NCBI GenBank assembly: GCA_964304625.1
Contig: OZ199838.1
Location: forward strand, 8,205,550 to 8,269,549
DNA: 64,000 nucleotides
Origin: Kudoa neothunni
Taxonomy: Eukaryota > Animalia > Cnidaria
Direction: 5' to 3'
Both the position numbers and the translations under genes were made by a program. Numbering within the stretch: position 1 is the stretch's first letter; the number at the start of each line of letters is the position of its first letter. Under the pieces are notes generated by a model, which did not search any database, was not told the origin of the DNA, and worked only from the letters and a program-made list of their open reading frames with translations. Below are positions 39,651 to 52,731 of the stretch, one piece after another.

Positions 39651-42084
39651 CATGACATTAACTCTAAAGAAAAAACCGCTTTCATGACTTCCGACGGTTT
39701 GTACCAATTTAAGAGAATGCCGTTTGGGCTATGTAATGTTCCAGTAACGTTTCAATCTGCAATAAACAATGTATTGAATCCAGTGATAAACAAATTCTGC
39801 ATGGTGTACATGGATGACATCATTATATACAGTAAGTCGAAAGAGGAACACTATGAGCATATAAAATGCACCCTTAAGCCACTAGAGAAAGCCGGTTTTA
39901 CGATAAAAGAGCAAAAATACAATTTTTTGCGGAGGAAATAAAGTTCCTCAGGTATGTCGTTTCTACAGATGAAATTAGACCTGACTCGGAAAAAATTGTT
40001 GCCGTAAAACGTTGGAAGAGACCTGAAAACGTTAAGCATATGCAGCAATTCCTGGGATTTACATCTTACTACAGAAGATTTGTCAAGGATTTTCAGAGAT
40101 ATCAAAGCCCCTGTACAAGTTAACAAAAAAGAATCAACAATTGAACTGGTGCCGTGAATGCGAATTGTCTTTAATTGAGTTGAAAAGGCACTGTGTGAAG
40201 CCCCGTGTTTGACACTGCCACATTGGAAAAAACCCTTTATAGTTGATTATGATGCGAGCAATTATGCAATAGGTGGAGTTCTGTCGCAAGAAATAGACGG
40301 CATTGAACGACCTATTTACCATTGCAGTAGGTTGTTGTCTGAACAAGAGAATAATTGTTCAACGACGACGAAGGAGATGTTGGCTCTTGTATGGACAGTA
40401 GAAAAACTACACCCATATTTATTTGGAAATTATTTTGTTGTCAGAAGTGACCATATCTCTTGGAAATGGCTAGTGAATTTCAAACACCCGACTGGGACGA
40501 TAACGAGATGGCTAAAAAAGCTCGGACAGTACACGATTTCGGTGTGAAGTACAGGAAAAGAATGCTTCATGTTAATGCCGATATTCTTCTGGGATACGGA
40601 TGCGCTGTGTTAGAAGTGGCCTACATGAAAACTGCCATAATGGAGCAAAAGAACGATTTGGACCTGAAACAGGTAAAAACTGGCTAATACATAACATATT
40701 TCCCACGACACCTACTAGAAGGAAATCTGAATATGTGAAGATATTGTGGAGCGTTCGGAACAATCTTGTTATAAAAAACGACGTATTGTTCAGAAGATCG
40801 AAAGTTGATGACAAAAACTTTTACGATGGAATTGTTATCCCGAAATCTCTTATTAATACCGTGTTAAAACAATTCCATGATGTTGGACATCTAGGCTATG
40901 AAAAAACAATATTACTGATCCAGAGAATGTTATTAGCCTCAACAAAAAAAAGATGTGAAATCTTGGTGTGAATCTTGCCTTAATTGCTCTCGGAGGAATA
41001 GGGAAAAACTCCCCAAAAAAACATGGACTTTTAGAAAGTACTACCACATCTTCCTTGGAGCGAATAGGGATGGATATTGTCGACCCCTCACAGCTAACTA
41101 CACATGGAAATAGGTTTATTCTGGTTTTATGTGATTACTTCTCTAAGTTCTGTGACGCATATCCTATACCCAACTAAGAAGCCATGACGGTTGCAAAGAA
41201 ATTATTTGATGAATTTATATCAAGATTCGGAGTGCCCAAAACGATACACAACCATTAGAGGGACTAATTTTGAATCAACCATATTCTCGAGCTTGCTAAA
41301 GTATCTCGGAATAAACAAGACATGGATCACTGCGTTTTATTCACAATCCAATGGACTTGTGGAGCGATTCAACAAGATTTTGATTGACATGATTGCCAAA
41401 ACAGCTGAAAGTTCTGAAGAATGGGACGAGATTATACTCGCGGTCCTTATGGCTTATAGAAGAGCCAAGCATAAGAAAACAGGATATTCCCCGAATTTTT
41501 TGCTGTTTGGAAGGGAATTGCCGACTGCGATGGATACATACGATGATATTGGTTGTGATAATAACAGTTATGGTAAGTTTTTGGAGACGATAAGGCGTAG
41601 AACGAAACATTCAAAGGAAACACTGAAAAAGCTTGAACAGAAGAGCGCCTCCAATAAAATTAATAAAGATATAACTTGGTTTAGTGAGGGCGAAAATGAT
41701 TTGTGAGAAAACACATACGTAATGGGAAACTTGATAGTTTTTGGATTGGACATTACCAATTGCTGAACGAATTAACCCATATCTCTACAAAGTTGAAATT
41801 GGGAATAATATCGAAACAATAAATCATTATAATCTTAAAATATCGAACGCTAGAAAATCATGTTTTTATTCCAGTGAATTAGCCATTAATACGCCTTCTG
41901 CCTCCACCCAACCTTATGTGATATACTCAAGTCTCGTTGACGTTCCCAGTAATTGTGACAACAACGAGCAAGTTGAAATGTCTCCTCCTGTGGAACAAAT
42001 TACATAGAAAAGACGAATACGTAGACAACCCGATAATATCGATGATTATGTTGTTAATAGCGTCCATTTTCAAAGAAGGGGCAG
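39651..42084 (+). mobile_element. Ty3/Gypsy LTR retrotransposon, 5'-truncated pol pseudogene
   Basis: RT KTAF..GLYQFKRMPFGL and YMDD; RNase H DASNYAIGGVLSQ and SDH; integrase H..GHLG, MDIV, SNGLVERFN; order RT-RH-IN. Polypurine tract AAAGAAGGGG at ~42072. Confidence 0.93.
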
Positions 42085-42413
42085 TGTTAGATGAGTAATA
42101 ATTTATTCGTGCTTTGAAAACTATGTAAATCTACTTATTCATATTTATGAGCACAGTATGCTACTACTTACCTAGTTCTGGTTGTGTGACGTCATCTCTA
42201 CCCATCCTACCTTCGCCTGGACTACATTTAAACGTTAGCTCCTATTAGTTGTCGTTGTGTAATTAGTGTTGGTTTTTGCTATTTGCGCAATGTCTAATTT
42301 TGGCGATGATTCAGGTAAGCTTACGTCACTATATATTTAAAACATCTTGTTGATTTTTAAATAAATCCAATTAAAATCAATTCAATATATTAATATTACT
42401 ACCAAATCCATTC
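42085..42413 (+). repeat. Probable 3' LTR of the Gypsy element
   Basis: Starts TGTT directly after the PPT and contains TATA-like and AATAAA motifs. The 3' boundary is a guess because there is no second LTR to compare. Confidence 0.5.
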
Positions 42414-43655
42414 ATTTGTAGCCGATTAAGCTTTAAGCATTGAGCCAATAAGCATGCTTATTTTTTAATTGCTCGGTCTTGAATTATAATAATGAAATTA
42501 ACATCAGCGATGTAAATAGACAGAAAATATTTTACAGTATACATTTTTTATGTGTGAGCAAAATTAATCCAGCATCCTTATATTATACACTTGGTTTAAG
42601 TAAGAGATTAATTTAAAACTTCTCCAGGGATTTACTCAAGATTTAAACCAACAATAATGTATCGTCCTATCAAAATCGCAACCAAAGAAGCTCATAAACT
42701 ATTCCATATAGAAACATTAAGTGTAAATAGAACTTGATTTTTTTTGTTGAAATTTTGGTGGGATGTACGTTAGCATCCAATAGTTAATAAACAATCTAAC
42801 ATATTAATAGGTGAATTATGTTAGCTAGTCAGTCTAATAGAGTCCAAATAGGAATGATGGGTTGTTAGAGTCACGAGCTTTCCAAGATGAATCATATTAT
42901 TAAATGCTATTAGCCAGATTAGCCTTCGTTTTAAATCATTTCGGTATCACGAGTAAATGAATTTTTGTTATTCTTGATGGATTTATTTATTAAACAAACA
43001 GACATTATATATTAATTGGTATAATGTCAATGGTTAATCACTAAAACTTGAGGACGCACAATGAAAGCCAGGAAACCACGAATAATATTATAAATCGAGA
43101 TTATTTTAATTACTTATTTGCCTAAAATCAGGTGATCTAATATTAGTAAGGTAGTATTGACACGAATTGTTAAGGTGCGAATAGAACGAATTGAAGCACC
43201 ATTAACCAACACGGATATAGTTTGAAATTATCGGCAATCTATTGACAATCATAAAACAAATTGGTTTGTGGGCGTATTTCACAGAAAAATAACTACTTAA
43301 ATATTTATCTAAATTGATTACTGAGAAAAGATATCGCATAGTTGTTTCTCCATCGACGACAATCACATTCGTTTAAGTACGTATTAAGGATCAGTAAATA
43401 GGCGTAAACTATAGATAGGTGTATGCTACAGGGAGATGGCATGCGGTAATCATTAGAACCACGTATTCAACCGATTGTATCGAACATCCACTGTGAGGCA
43501 GTGCATGTAGAGTGAGTAGGAAAGCGGGAGTAAGGCCGACAACTAATCCACGATGGTAGTCGTGAGCAGATTACGGTGAGCATCCCTTCGACGTTGAATT
43601 GTATGTTAACCTGAGTGTCTCTAGATACTAATTACCACGTAGATACTTGACAATT

Positions 43656-45303
43656 ATGGGGCAGTCATTAGAAAAACCGGCCGTCGACAAACATTTCGAT
43701 AATGGAGTTGGTAATAACTTACAATTTGCTGCTTGTGGAATGCAAGGATGGCGTATCAATATGGAAGATGCTCATACAGCTATTACATCGATAGGTGATG
43801 GATTTGAAAATGTAAGCTTTTACGCAGTGTTTGATGGCCATGCTGGAGCATACACAAGTAAAGTTGCCTCTCAAGAACTTTGTCACCATTTCAGGGAGTT
43901 GCTTCGGTCCCGCAACATAGATAAAGTGCCTGAAACGATACAATCAGAAGAGATGGAAAAGTTTAAAGAGGCATTAATCGACTCATTTGTAACATTTGAC
44001 GATCAACTCAAAGATTCTGAGCCGTATAAGTCTCTACGTGAAGCATGTGGTAGCACGGCTTTGGTGGCGTTGGTGACATCAAATTATGTGATATTTTGCA
44101 ACTGTGGTGATTCAAGAGGATTTCTATCGAGATCCAATAAAGTTGAATTCCAAACACAAGACCACAAACCATCAGATCCTGCTGAAAAATCTCGAATCGA
44201 AAAATCTGGTGGTTGTGTTATAATGGATCGTGTCAATGGTAATCTAGCTGTGTCACGAGCTTTGGGAGATTTTTCCTTCAAAGACAAGACAGAGCTCGGT
44301 ACCAAAGACCAAGCTGTATCTCCGGAACCAACTGTTACAGTTCTTGAGAGATCGTTCGAATCGGACCAGTTTATGGTACTTGCATGTGATGGCATTTGGG
44401 ATGTGATGTCGTGTGATGAAGTCCGTAAATTTGTTCACACAAAACTTCTCTTAACTGATGATCTCAAATCGATTTGTGGTGATCTGATTGACACATGTTT
44501 TATGAAGGTGCTAAGTTAGATTGTTTGAGTTGTTTGTGAAGTGCTGTTTTTCTATAGGATAGTAGAGATAATATGACTGTGCTTATAGTCATTTTTCCTG
44601 GTGCTCCTAAGGTTGATCCTGTTCAGCAGGAACATGTAATAGATTATCGATTCGTTGTGTTGTATTCGATTGTTTTATTGTTTTAACGTCTTAGGACAAA
44701 CAATATGAAAGGAATATCAAAGAACATGTGCAAGGTACCTAATTATTATAACTCTGGGAACCGTTTTATTTTAATTGATCGACGCAAGCGCACCATAAAT
44801 TTTTGCCGGAATTAACGACAAATTATTAACATAATGTGTTTTAGAAATAATGGAGACGCAAGGGCATAATGTTCCTCTCATTACCGTATTGAATCAACTT
44901 GTTGAATGCGATCTTTCGCCATCACCTGATTGTGCATCCGCTCAGCTTGATATCTACTCTAAGTACGATCTTTCATTGATCAATAAATTAATTTTCTTCT
45001 ATTAAAGAATTGTTTAATTTTTTCATGTTTTTGATTATCTTCCAATTTAGGAAAGGTTTTGTTGAAAATCTAATGAATAGTATCGATCCCAGCCGGGAAA
45101 CCGACCGAGACTATTCAACAATTTCAAATCTTCCAAACGCTCCTATCGCTCTACAGGCAATACAACAACTTGTTAGATCTGAACATGTAGAAAATTTTAC
45201 TGGAGCTTCAATCTTCGATTCGGCTACACCTGAATCTAGTCCCAACAAATTGGATACATCGAATGACGTTGAGTCTGATTCGAGCTCCACAAATGATCAC
45301 TAG
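43656..45303 (+). CDS. PPM1A/B: Protein phosphatase 2C, PPM1A/PPM1B-type, multi-exon
   Basis: MGQSLEKP N-terminus, MQGWRINMEDAH, FYAVFDGHAG, NCGDSRG, DHKP, RVNGNLAVSRALGDF, LACDGIWDVMS, SRDNMT..FPGAPKV plus a C-terminal extension. Confidence 0.94.
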
Positions 45304-45535
45304 AACTACCAAGCAAACAACTATTTTAATTATTAATTTCATATAAATATGTATTACTATGTATTCATATGCATATCATCACCACAACTACCACAGCGTT
45401 GAAATTCTATCATATTGGTCATATAGGAATAGACGGACCACAAATAAGTTGTTTTTGTCGTTTATTGTAGTTATGAATCTATTTTTTGTTTTTTTAAATG
45501 TTGCATGCGTGCGCGCGTAGCTTAAAACATTCGCC

Positions 45536-47438
45536 ATGCTGAGGTTGTTAATTGCAGTTGGTAGGTCAGGTATACCGAATAGTTTCAAAGATAGAATAGG
45601 AGGATATGATTGTATCAGAACTAAGAAAAAGGGTAGAATGGCCAAAAAGTTGGCTAAGTTAGCTAGAGAGAAGCCAACCCACGTTAGTCCATTCTCTGGA
45701 CTGGGGAAAGTATCGGCGTCTACTCGCGAGGCGGTCGAAAGAAATCTAGAATTGGCTTCACTTTCGAAAACCAACGTCACTAATCTCGAAGTTATACAGG
45801 CTCGACTTGATCGACGAGCTGCAAGAGCTGCTAGAAAGGCGGAAAAAAGACGCAAAGGAAGAGTTAAATTAGATCCGGAGGCTATTCGTGCTGAAAGAGA
45901 ACGTAAACGTGCTCTAGAAGTAGAACCAATCACCGCCTACCCTGAGAACAAAGATGTGCAGGAGTTGATTGTACGGAGATTCTTACGATTACAGAATGTT
46001 GACATGGAAACTATATTCAAAAATCCGTCCAAGTCGGTGTTCGATTTCCATAATATCAGGCAACCTTACTTTTTAAGTCTCCCTCATGAATCCCAAATAA
46101 ATGATATTGATAAACAATTAAAGTAGCTCGAATCACTGTTGGATCGATCATTTATCGTGTAATTTTGATATTTAGACAATTAACGATGTTAGTAAACCAA
46201 TGCTGTAATCAATCAACACCAAAAAAATCGTTGATTGACGAGTTGGCCTTTCTTGATGCATACAAAGGGGCCGTTGAGAATAACAATTGGTGGGTATCAC
46301 TTGGATGCCCAATCAAATTGCAATACGAATGTCACAATGATTGGATATTGGGAATATATTTGAAATATGGAATTGTCAAAGATCCATTTAGAAATAAGAA
46401 GGGTTACGAGGAACAAATAGTGAACGACTACAATCAGAAACTTATTGAGCAGGCTATGTAGTTAGCAGTCTGTGTGTGTTGAAACTATTACAGTTGATGA
46501 GTTTAGATCTTCTGGTATTGTAGATATTCGTGATATGATTACATATGATATTATGGATCAAATTAAGACACTCTCAAAACAAGATGCATCAAATGATGAT
46601 TATGTGTGGACTATTAATGGTGATCATTTTGTACAAGTTCATAAACAATTGTTCGATGGAAATCCAGGCCATTGCAGAGCTTCACTTGAGGGTATTACAC
46701 TTTAATCGAATTTAAACTACATTTATGTTAAAACATTGATTAGATCCACCTGAAAAACTTCATCCAAACGTTGAATTTATCTTGAGGTCATCTAGAACTG
46801 TATGGGATGGTCAAAAATGGGTTCTTCCAACAATGTCTCAACCAGCGGTGGATTGCTATAGAAAAAATTATGTTAAAAACGGTTACGAGTGGCCAGACAC
46901 CACAAACCGTTGTTTACTCCCCCTAAAAGAAGAGTTGCATTACTGCAATTTCAATTTTAGAGTGTGGAGAAAAATCATCGCCCATGATCCTGTTCGTCTT
47001 GAAAATTATCGTAAATATATGAAAAATGTAATAGAACGTGCTATTGTTCCTCGAAGAAAAATGTCTACACTATTCAAACGAGTTTTCATGAGAGTCGCAG
47101 GAAGTTTTGCTGCTAGTGTTGCCAACAAATCTATGAATGATGCATTCTATTTCTATAAAAATTCCCCGAAAGTAAAGCTCTGCTACGTTTAAAATAACTA
47201 ACAATAATGCTGATGTTCGGTCTTTTAGATAAAGAGGCTGGTGATTAATGGACTTCGAAAAGAATGCAAAAAATATCCCGATGTATTCAAACTATACATT
47301 ATGAGAAAAGTAAGATCTAACCACTACTCAAAAACACCCAAAGACCTTAAAAAGTCCAAAAAACAAATCCGGGAACGCGATCATCCTCTCGATGATTTTT
47401 TTGTCAAAACAATCAATTCTAGTGAATCTTCTTTATAA
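45536..47438 (+). CDS. Unrecognised five-exon protein (~560 aa), basic, presequence-like N-terminus
   Basis: ORFs 45536, 46165, 46472, 46782 and 47241 join in frame through four ~50-57 nt GT-AG introns with no internal stops. GCCATG start context. Confidence 0.8.
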
Positions 47439-47885
47439 AATTAATTTTATTACCGTTATTAACTGTTATGGTATTTTAAATTTTACTTTTTCAGTATTTG
47501 ACATTTATATAGTATGCGTGTTGGCTCAAATCAACTGGAAATCGTTTTAAATTTTAGTTGAAGGGATTTTTTAAAAATGTAAATATTCAAACTTATGTCA
47601 TCAGAAATAAAAATGCAACGCAACTAAATTACAATTAGGCTATGTGATTTTCTTCATTCATTATGCACATTGATTATACAAATATATTTTTGGATGTTTT
47701 TTCTACTTTATGAATTATCCAGTGTACTGAAGAATTGGTGACTTAGGACTCATGCCATATAAGGTTTTATGAGGGTTAGTAATGTGTGAAGTGACACTTT
47801 TTCTCCGGATATAACGTGTCAAACCATATAATGTTTTAGGAATAAATTTATTACAATTGTTTGTTTAAATTTACTTAAAAAAACT

Positions 47886-47943
47886 CTGGGGTGAATTTCA
47901 CCCCAAAATCATGGGTGCTAGTTCGTTTTTTGATACCTTAGAG
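47886..47943 (+). mobile_element. piggyBac 3'-end remnant whose TIR is interrupted by hAT insertions
   Basis: TGGGGTGAATTTCACCCCAAAA + spacer + TTTTTTGATACCTTAGAG has the same layout as the 3' end at 12370-12425 (TTTTTTCGATCCTTAGAGGG|TTAA). Confidence 0.75.
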
Positions 47944-49558
47944 CAGTGTTCCCAACCTTTTTTCTATCGCGCCCAACTTTTTCTTGAAAATAAGTTCTGC
48001 GCCCCACCTTTCTCAAATGTAGGGGTTAAGATCGGTTCGGTTTTTGACAAAACCGAAACCGATGTTGAAAATGTATTTTTTAATTAATATGAATTAGCTT
48101 TTATTATTAATTAATACAGTCTTAAATAAGTAAACTCGTTTTTAAAATAGTAAAATGACATAAAATGTTGTTGAATGACGTGTTTTAACAAGGAACAAAT
48201 TTTGTATTTAGTATTACAGGAATTGTATCTGGTATTTGTAGCTATTTCGTTAGGCTTTCTAATAAAAGAGAAAAATGTAATAAATGTGACCTCGTACTCA
48301 CCAATACAATTGAGGATTTCTCACGTGTCGACGGAACCATTTCAGAAATTTTAAAAAGGAAATTTTTCAAACGTTGCTTTGCACTACGCATCATTTGGTC
48401 CGATATATTTGTTTTTAAGATTCGATTCAAACAGTTATATAAAAAATATTTTCTACAGAAGAATGTAAATTTGGAGCCAGAAGACACACTTAATTTCATC
48501 GAATTGAACGATCAAATCAAAAACTATGAATCTTCTGAATCCGAGATAAATTGAGACAATTTGATAAATTACATGCCAAGACCAAACATTTTAAAATATA
48601 GCTCGCATTTAGTGAAATTACAAATTTTATTAATCACAGTGTGATGCTAGATCATTTAGAAGGGGTTCGTAAAACTCTTTCTAATGCTAGACCTACGAGT
48701 ATTGACTCAGATCGATGTTTTACCTTATACAACCGTCCTATTTCCCAATTGAGAACAAAATTGAGCGACTCAAAACTTGAAACCATTGTGTTTATCTATG
48801 AAAATAGAAATAATTAAATTGAAATTTGAGACATGAAATCTTTTATTAGTGTTTAACACCATTTTATCGTAAAAGATTTCTAATCATTTTTACATATTTT
48901 TTGCATGGAAAAAATTGACATTGATAATTGGAAAAATTATTTACAAAACCGAAACCGAACCGTCGTAACCCCTACTTAAATGTATTGATTTTTTAACTTA
49001 AACTGCTTATAAGTTTGAATCAAGCTTCATGCCACATTAAAATTATAAAATGACAAACATATATTTCTTTTTCATTAGAATTAAAATGTATTCGATTAGA
49101 TCTAATTCAATTTGTAGATTGACTTTAAAAATTAACATTTATACTTCTTCATTCAGTCAAAAACCGCATTAAGTGAAACTTGTGATAATCCAATCCACAG
49201 CAGGCATAACTTTTCTGTATTCGGGCTTATAAATTGAAATTAAATAATTAATATTGACAATTAATCAATATTGTTTTTGAATAAGCCAAAAAAAGTGAAT
49301 CACCGTTATAAATGATAAATGTGACAACATTGGAATTATAACCATTCCGATTCTATTGAGCAAAAACCATGTTAAACGTTTTTATATTTTTTATATAAAT
49401 TAATCAATGCTTTGGTATTGTTTTTAATATTCATATTCGCTTAAAAATAAAAAATATCAAAAATCGAAGTATTTATTTCAATGTGCGCCATACTGCCCAA
49501 TTATCTCACCATTATCCATGCCCCACCGGTGAAGCGTCGCCCGCGTTGGGAAACACTG
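47944..49558. mobile_element. Non-autonomous hAT (Buster/Charlie-type) element containing a nested hAT
   Basis: TIR CAGTGTTCCCAAC...GTTGGGAAACACTG; perfect 8-bp TSD CCTTAGAG (47936-47943, 49559-49566). Confidence 0.9.
48020..48974 (+). mobile_element. Internally deleted hAT (TAGGG-type) with dimerisation-domain remnant
   Basis: TIR TAGGGGTTAAGATCGGTTCGGTTT...AAACCGAACCGTCGTAACCCCTA; TSD CTCAAATG/CTTAAATG. 48644-48817 encodes RPTSIDSDRCFT....SQLRTKLSDSKLETIVFIYEN*. Confidence 0.88.
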
Positions 49559-49566
49559 CCTTAGAG

Positions 49567-50155
49567 CAGGGGTTTTCAACCGGGGGTAAATTGAGTAACA
49601 TCAAAATTAGATAGGGGAAATATTTGCATAATGCGGTTTGTGACTTACTTAAGGACGTCTAAGGAATTATATTATTTAGAGCTATTAAACGCAATTAGAA
49701 ATGGTCAGAAATTCTCAAAATGTTTTTAGGAATAATTATTTAACAACAATTTATAAAGCTACTACCAGTTGCTTTCTTTTATATCTCGTTTATCTTTCAG
49801 GAATGTAGCCAAATAATAATACTTAAAATAGCTACTTTCATAGTAAATAATCTTCAGGAGCCACGTATGGTGACTATTTTTAATTATTGCTGATCTCTAA
49901 GGGCGAAGAACTAGGTCAAAAATAATTTAATGTAATCAAATCTAAAAAATAAAATATGTAGACAACTTGTGAATAAGGACCGCTGGGATTAAAAATTGTC
50001 AATACACAGGCGGGTATGCCTTTTTAGATTAGAATTTATCATGCAAATAGCCTCTGCCTTAGTTAAAACAGTACGTAACCTTAAACCAAATATGGATTTG
50101 GCTTCCAAGTTAAGGGGTAAATTTCGATTTTTCACAAGGCCGAGGGAGTAAACGC
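49567..50155. mobile_element. hAT (Buster-type) element, right end lost
   Basis: Begins CAGGGGTTTTCAACCGGGGGTAAA directly after the CCTTAGAG TSD. GGGGTAAA-type subterminal motifs recur at ~50113-50152. No right TIR seen. Confidence 0.65.
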
Positions 50156-50998
50156 CCAGAATTGCGTTGTGTAGTAATCGTCCAATTGTCTTATCCTATC
50201 CGTAGTAAAATTTATCGAAAATATTAGTTCAAAAAACCCATTAACTTCAGACATTCATAGTGGAAATCTGTTGGTTACGAGTTGACGAAATTCTACGTTA
50301 TATTTTATTCGTTCATTCATTGTATGTGTATGCATATATAAGGATTTAATAATTTTAATATCGCAACTTCTAATTTGGTTTTCGTAACAGGCAATGTAGC
50401 AGTTAAGCAGTATTAACATGCTTGATTTCTACAATATTAATTTTGAATTTAATAAATAATAAAGAATTATTGTTTGCTTCATCGATCAGTAGTTAAACTA
50501 TTTTTAATATTTACGTAATTAATACCTTAAATGAAACATAAAGAGAGAGAAGAAAATTTATTCTTACTAACGTTTCTAAAAAATCAAGGATGATTGTTAT
50601 TTATCTGACGATAATTATTTAAATCCTGATTAAATTTGCCTAATTATTATTGTTGTTTTATTTACTATATTTTAAATATATTTTAATACATTTAGATAAG
50701 CTTCATCCTTGTAAATATTTATTTCTGTTAATATCTAAAATTTTAACTAATAGGATCACAATATATTATAAAGAAAATAAGTAAAACATTTGAAAATTTT
50801 AGCAATAATATTTAAATTAAAAATAAATCTTTATATCTATGTAATTTTTTATGGCAAGGCATTTACAAAATACAGAAAAATTAAAATATCATTGAACGGC
50901 TGTGCTTTAATACGAAAAATGACAAAAGAAACGGTGAAAAAGTATGGAGACCATTTAGATGAAAATAAGTTTCTATATTCATTAAAAGGAATGACTTA

Positions 50999-51426
50999 CA
51001 GTGCAACCTCGGACTTCGACCATAATCCGTTCTAGAAGTGTGTTCAAACTCCGAATTATCTTATCTCGTCCAAAATAATGAAAATTAGTTTAATCCGTTA
51101 CCGTGAATCAAATAAATGACTGTTTTTATTCTTGCTTATAAAAAAACATGCAAACCTTGCGTTATACAATATAATAAATAAATATTAAACATAATAATAA
51201 AAATGAAATATAGGATATATATTTCTTGGTTGTCAAACGATAGATTATAAAAGTTTCTCTTCATCTGACGATCGCACAATTTGATTCAGCGACTCTATTT
51301 CTAGAATTCCTTTTCGTCTCTTTTTCTTTCTTCAACTGGACTTGTTCTGAATACCTTCTCTATATGTGTACGAACCCCAAAGTGTTTCCGACTCGAAATT
51401 TTTGGTAGAACTCAGAGGTGGCATTG
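50999..51426. mobile_element. pogo-like MITE
   Basis: TA|CAGTGCAACCTCGGACTTCGACCA ... TGGTAGAACTCAGAGGTGGCATTG|TA. Confidence 0.75.
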
Positions 51427-52731
51427 TATATTTTAATGAAATTAATTATTCCCCCGTATCAAAAAGCATGTTCGTTTTAAATGATTTCCAATTTTGTTAT
51501 AAAAGAAATTTATGACAATCAATAATTTTGACACAAATTTAGGATTTCTCATTACTAGACACGTTTTCATTTATCTTTGTTGTTCCAACCCATGATTGAC
51601 CCAGACTAAAAAGTATCTTTCAAACTAAAAGATTATGAATTAACTACGTAATATAAAATATCATTTTAAAATAAGAGTAACAATTACAATTATACGTTAA
51701 ACATTTATTTTTAAAGAGGCTACTTACCCTGGATAAGTTATGGAATATATGCTTTGCAGATATAAAGTTAATTGTATTCGCAAATGAAAATGTTCTAATA
51801 ATATTTTGCAATTTCTTCCATTTTTAGCGTTATCGGTATAATCTTTATCATTCAATTTTGTGCTAAAAATTTGTTATCATTAATAAAAGTACTCAGAAAT
51901 AGCTTTAGAAGCAATTTTAAGAAAATAGATCAAATCATAACAGCGACTCAAGAATGTAATACTATAATTAGACCAAGTAATTATTTTATACGCCAGTTAT
52001 ATAAAATATAAAATCACGTTTTCCTTTCATCTTACTACCGATATCACTCAAAACATATTTTTTATAACTGTTTTTGCTGCTAACAGTTATAACAATATTG
52101 TATTATTTTGGGATATGTTTCATGATTCGTTGGTATAAATTAAAAATTATGTTTCTTTATTTAAAAATATCTCTGAATTTAAAAGTAAACATTTTAATTA
52201 CATATTTTCAATACACACCTTTACTTGATATTATTTATTTACGCAAACGCATTACAGAATTGACAACAAGCCTCGGCTTATAACTTATAATTTATCAAAT
52301 ATAAATTTATAATAACTTCCAAAAAATTTTTAAATATATTTTAAGTTGTTCTATTAAAATAAGTGTGCAGTAGAAAGATAATTCAATTTTGCATGTAGAG
52401 TAAATATTCCAATTACTTATAATGTTTAATATGTATATTAAACTTTGTAAGATCTATTTATATTTTAATTTAAAAATAATTATTGTTGAGGGTGAAATTA
52501 TATCGAAAATGACATTGCAATTCAATTTTCTGGCGTATTCTAAAATTAAACTAAATTTACGGTTAAGGTTTAATCACACATAATTTTGTTAGAAATTTAT
52601 GAAATTTAAAGGTAAAATTTTATTAAATTAAGGAAAAATGTAGAATAGGGATGTGGCCACGTAACGCATCGGAAATACGTTAACAACAAAAGGACCCGAA
52701 ACGTGACCGAAGAATTTCCTACGTAGTGAGT

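Noticed and set aside
45388-45933. 181-aa minus-strand ORF
   Set aside because: Antisense shadow of the Arg/Lys/Ala-rich first exon of the plus-strand gene; no independent features.
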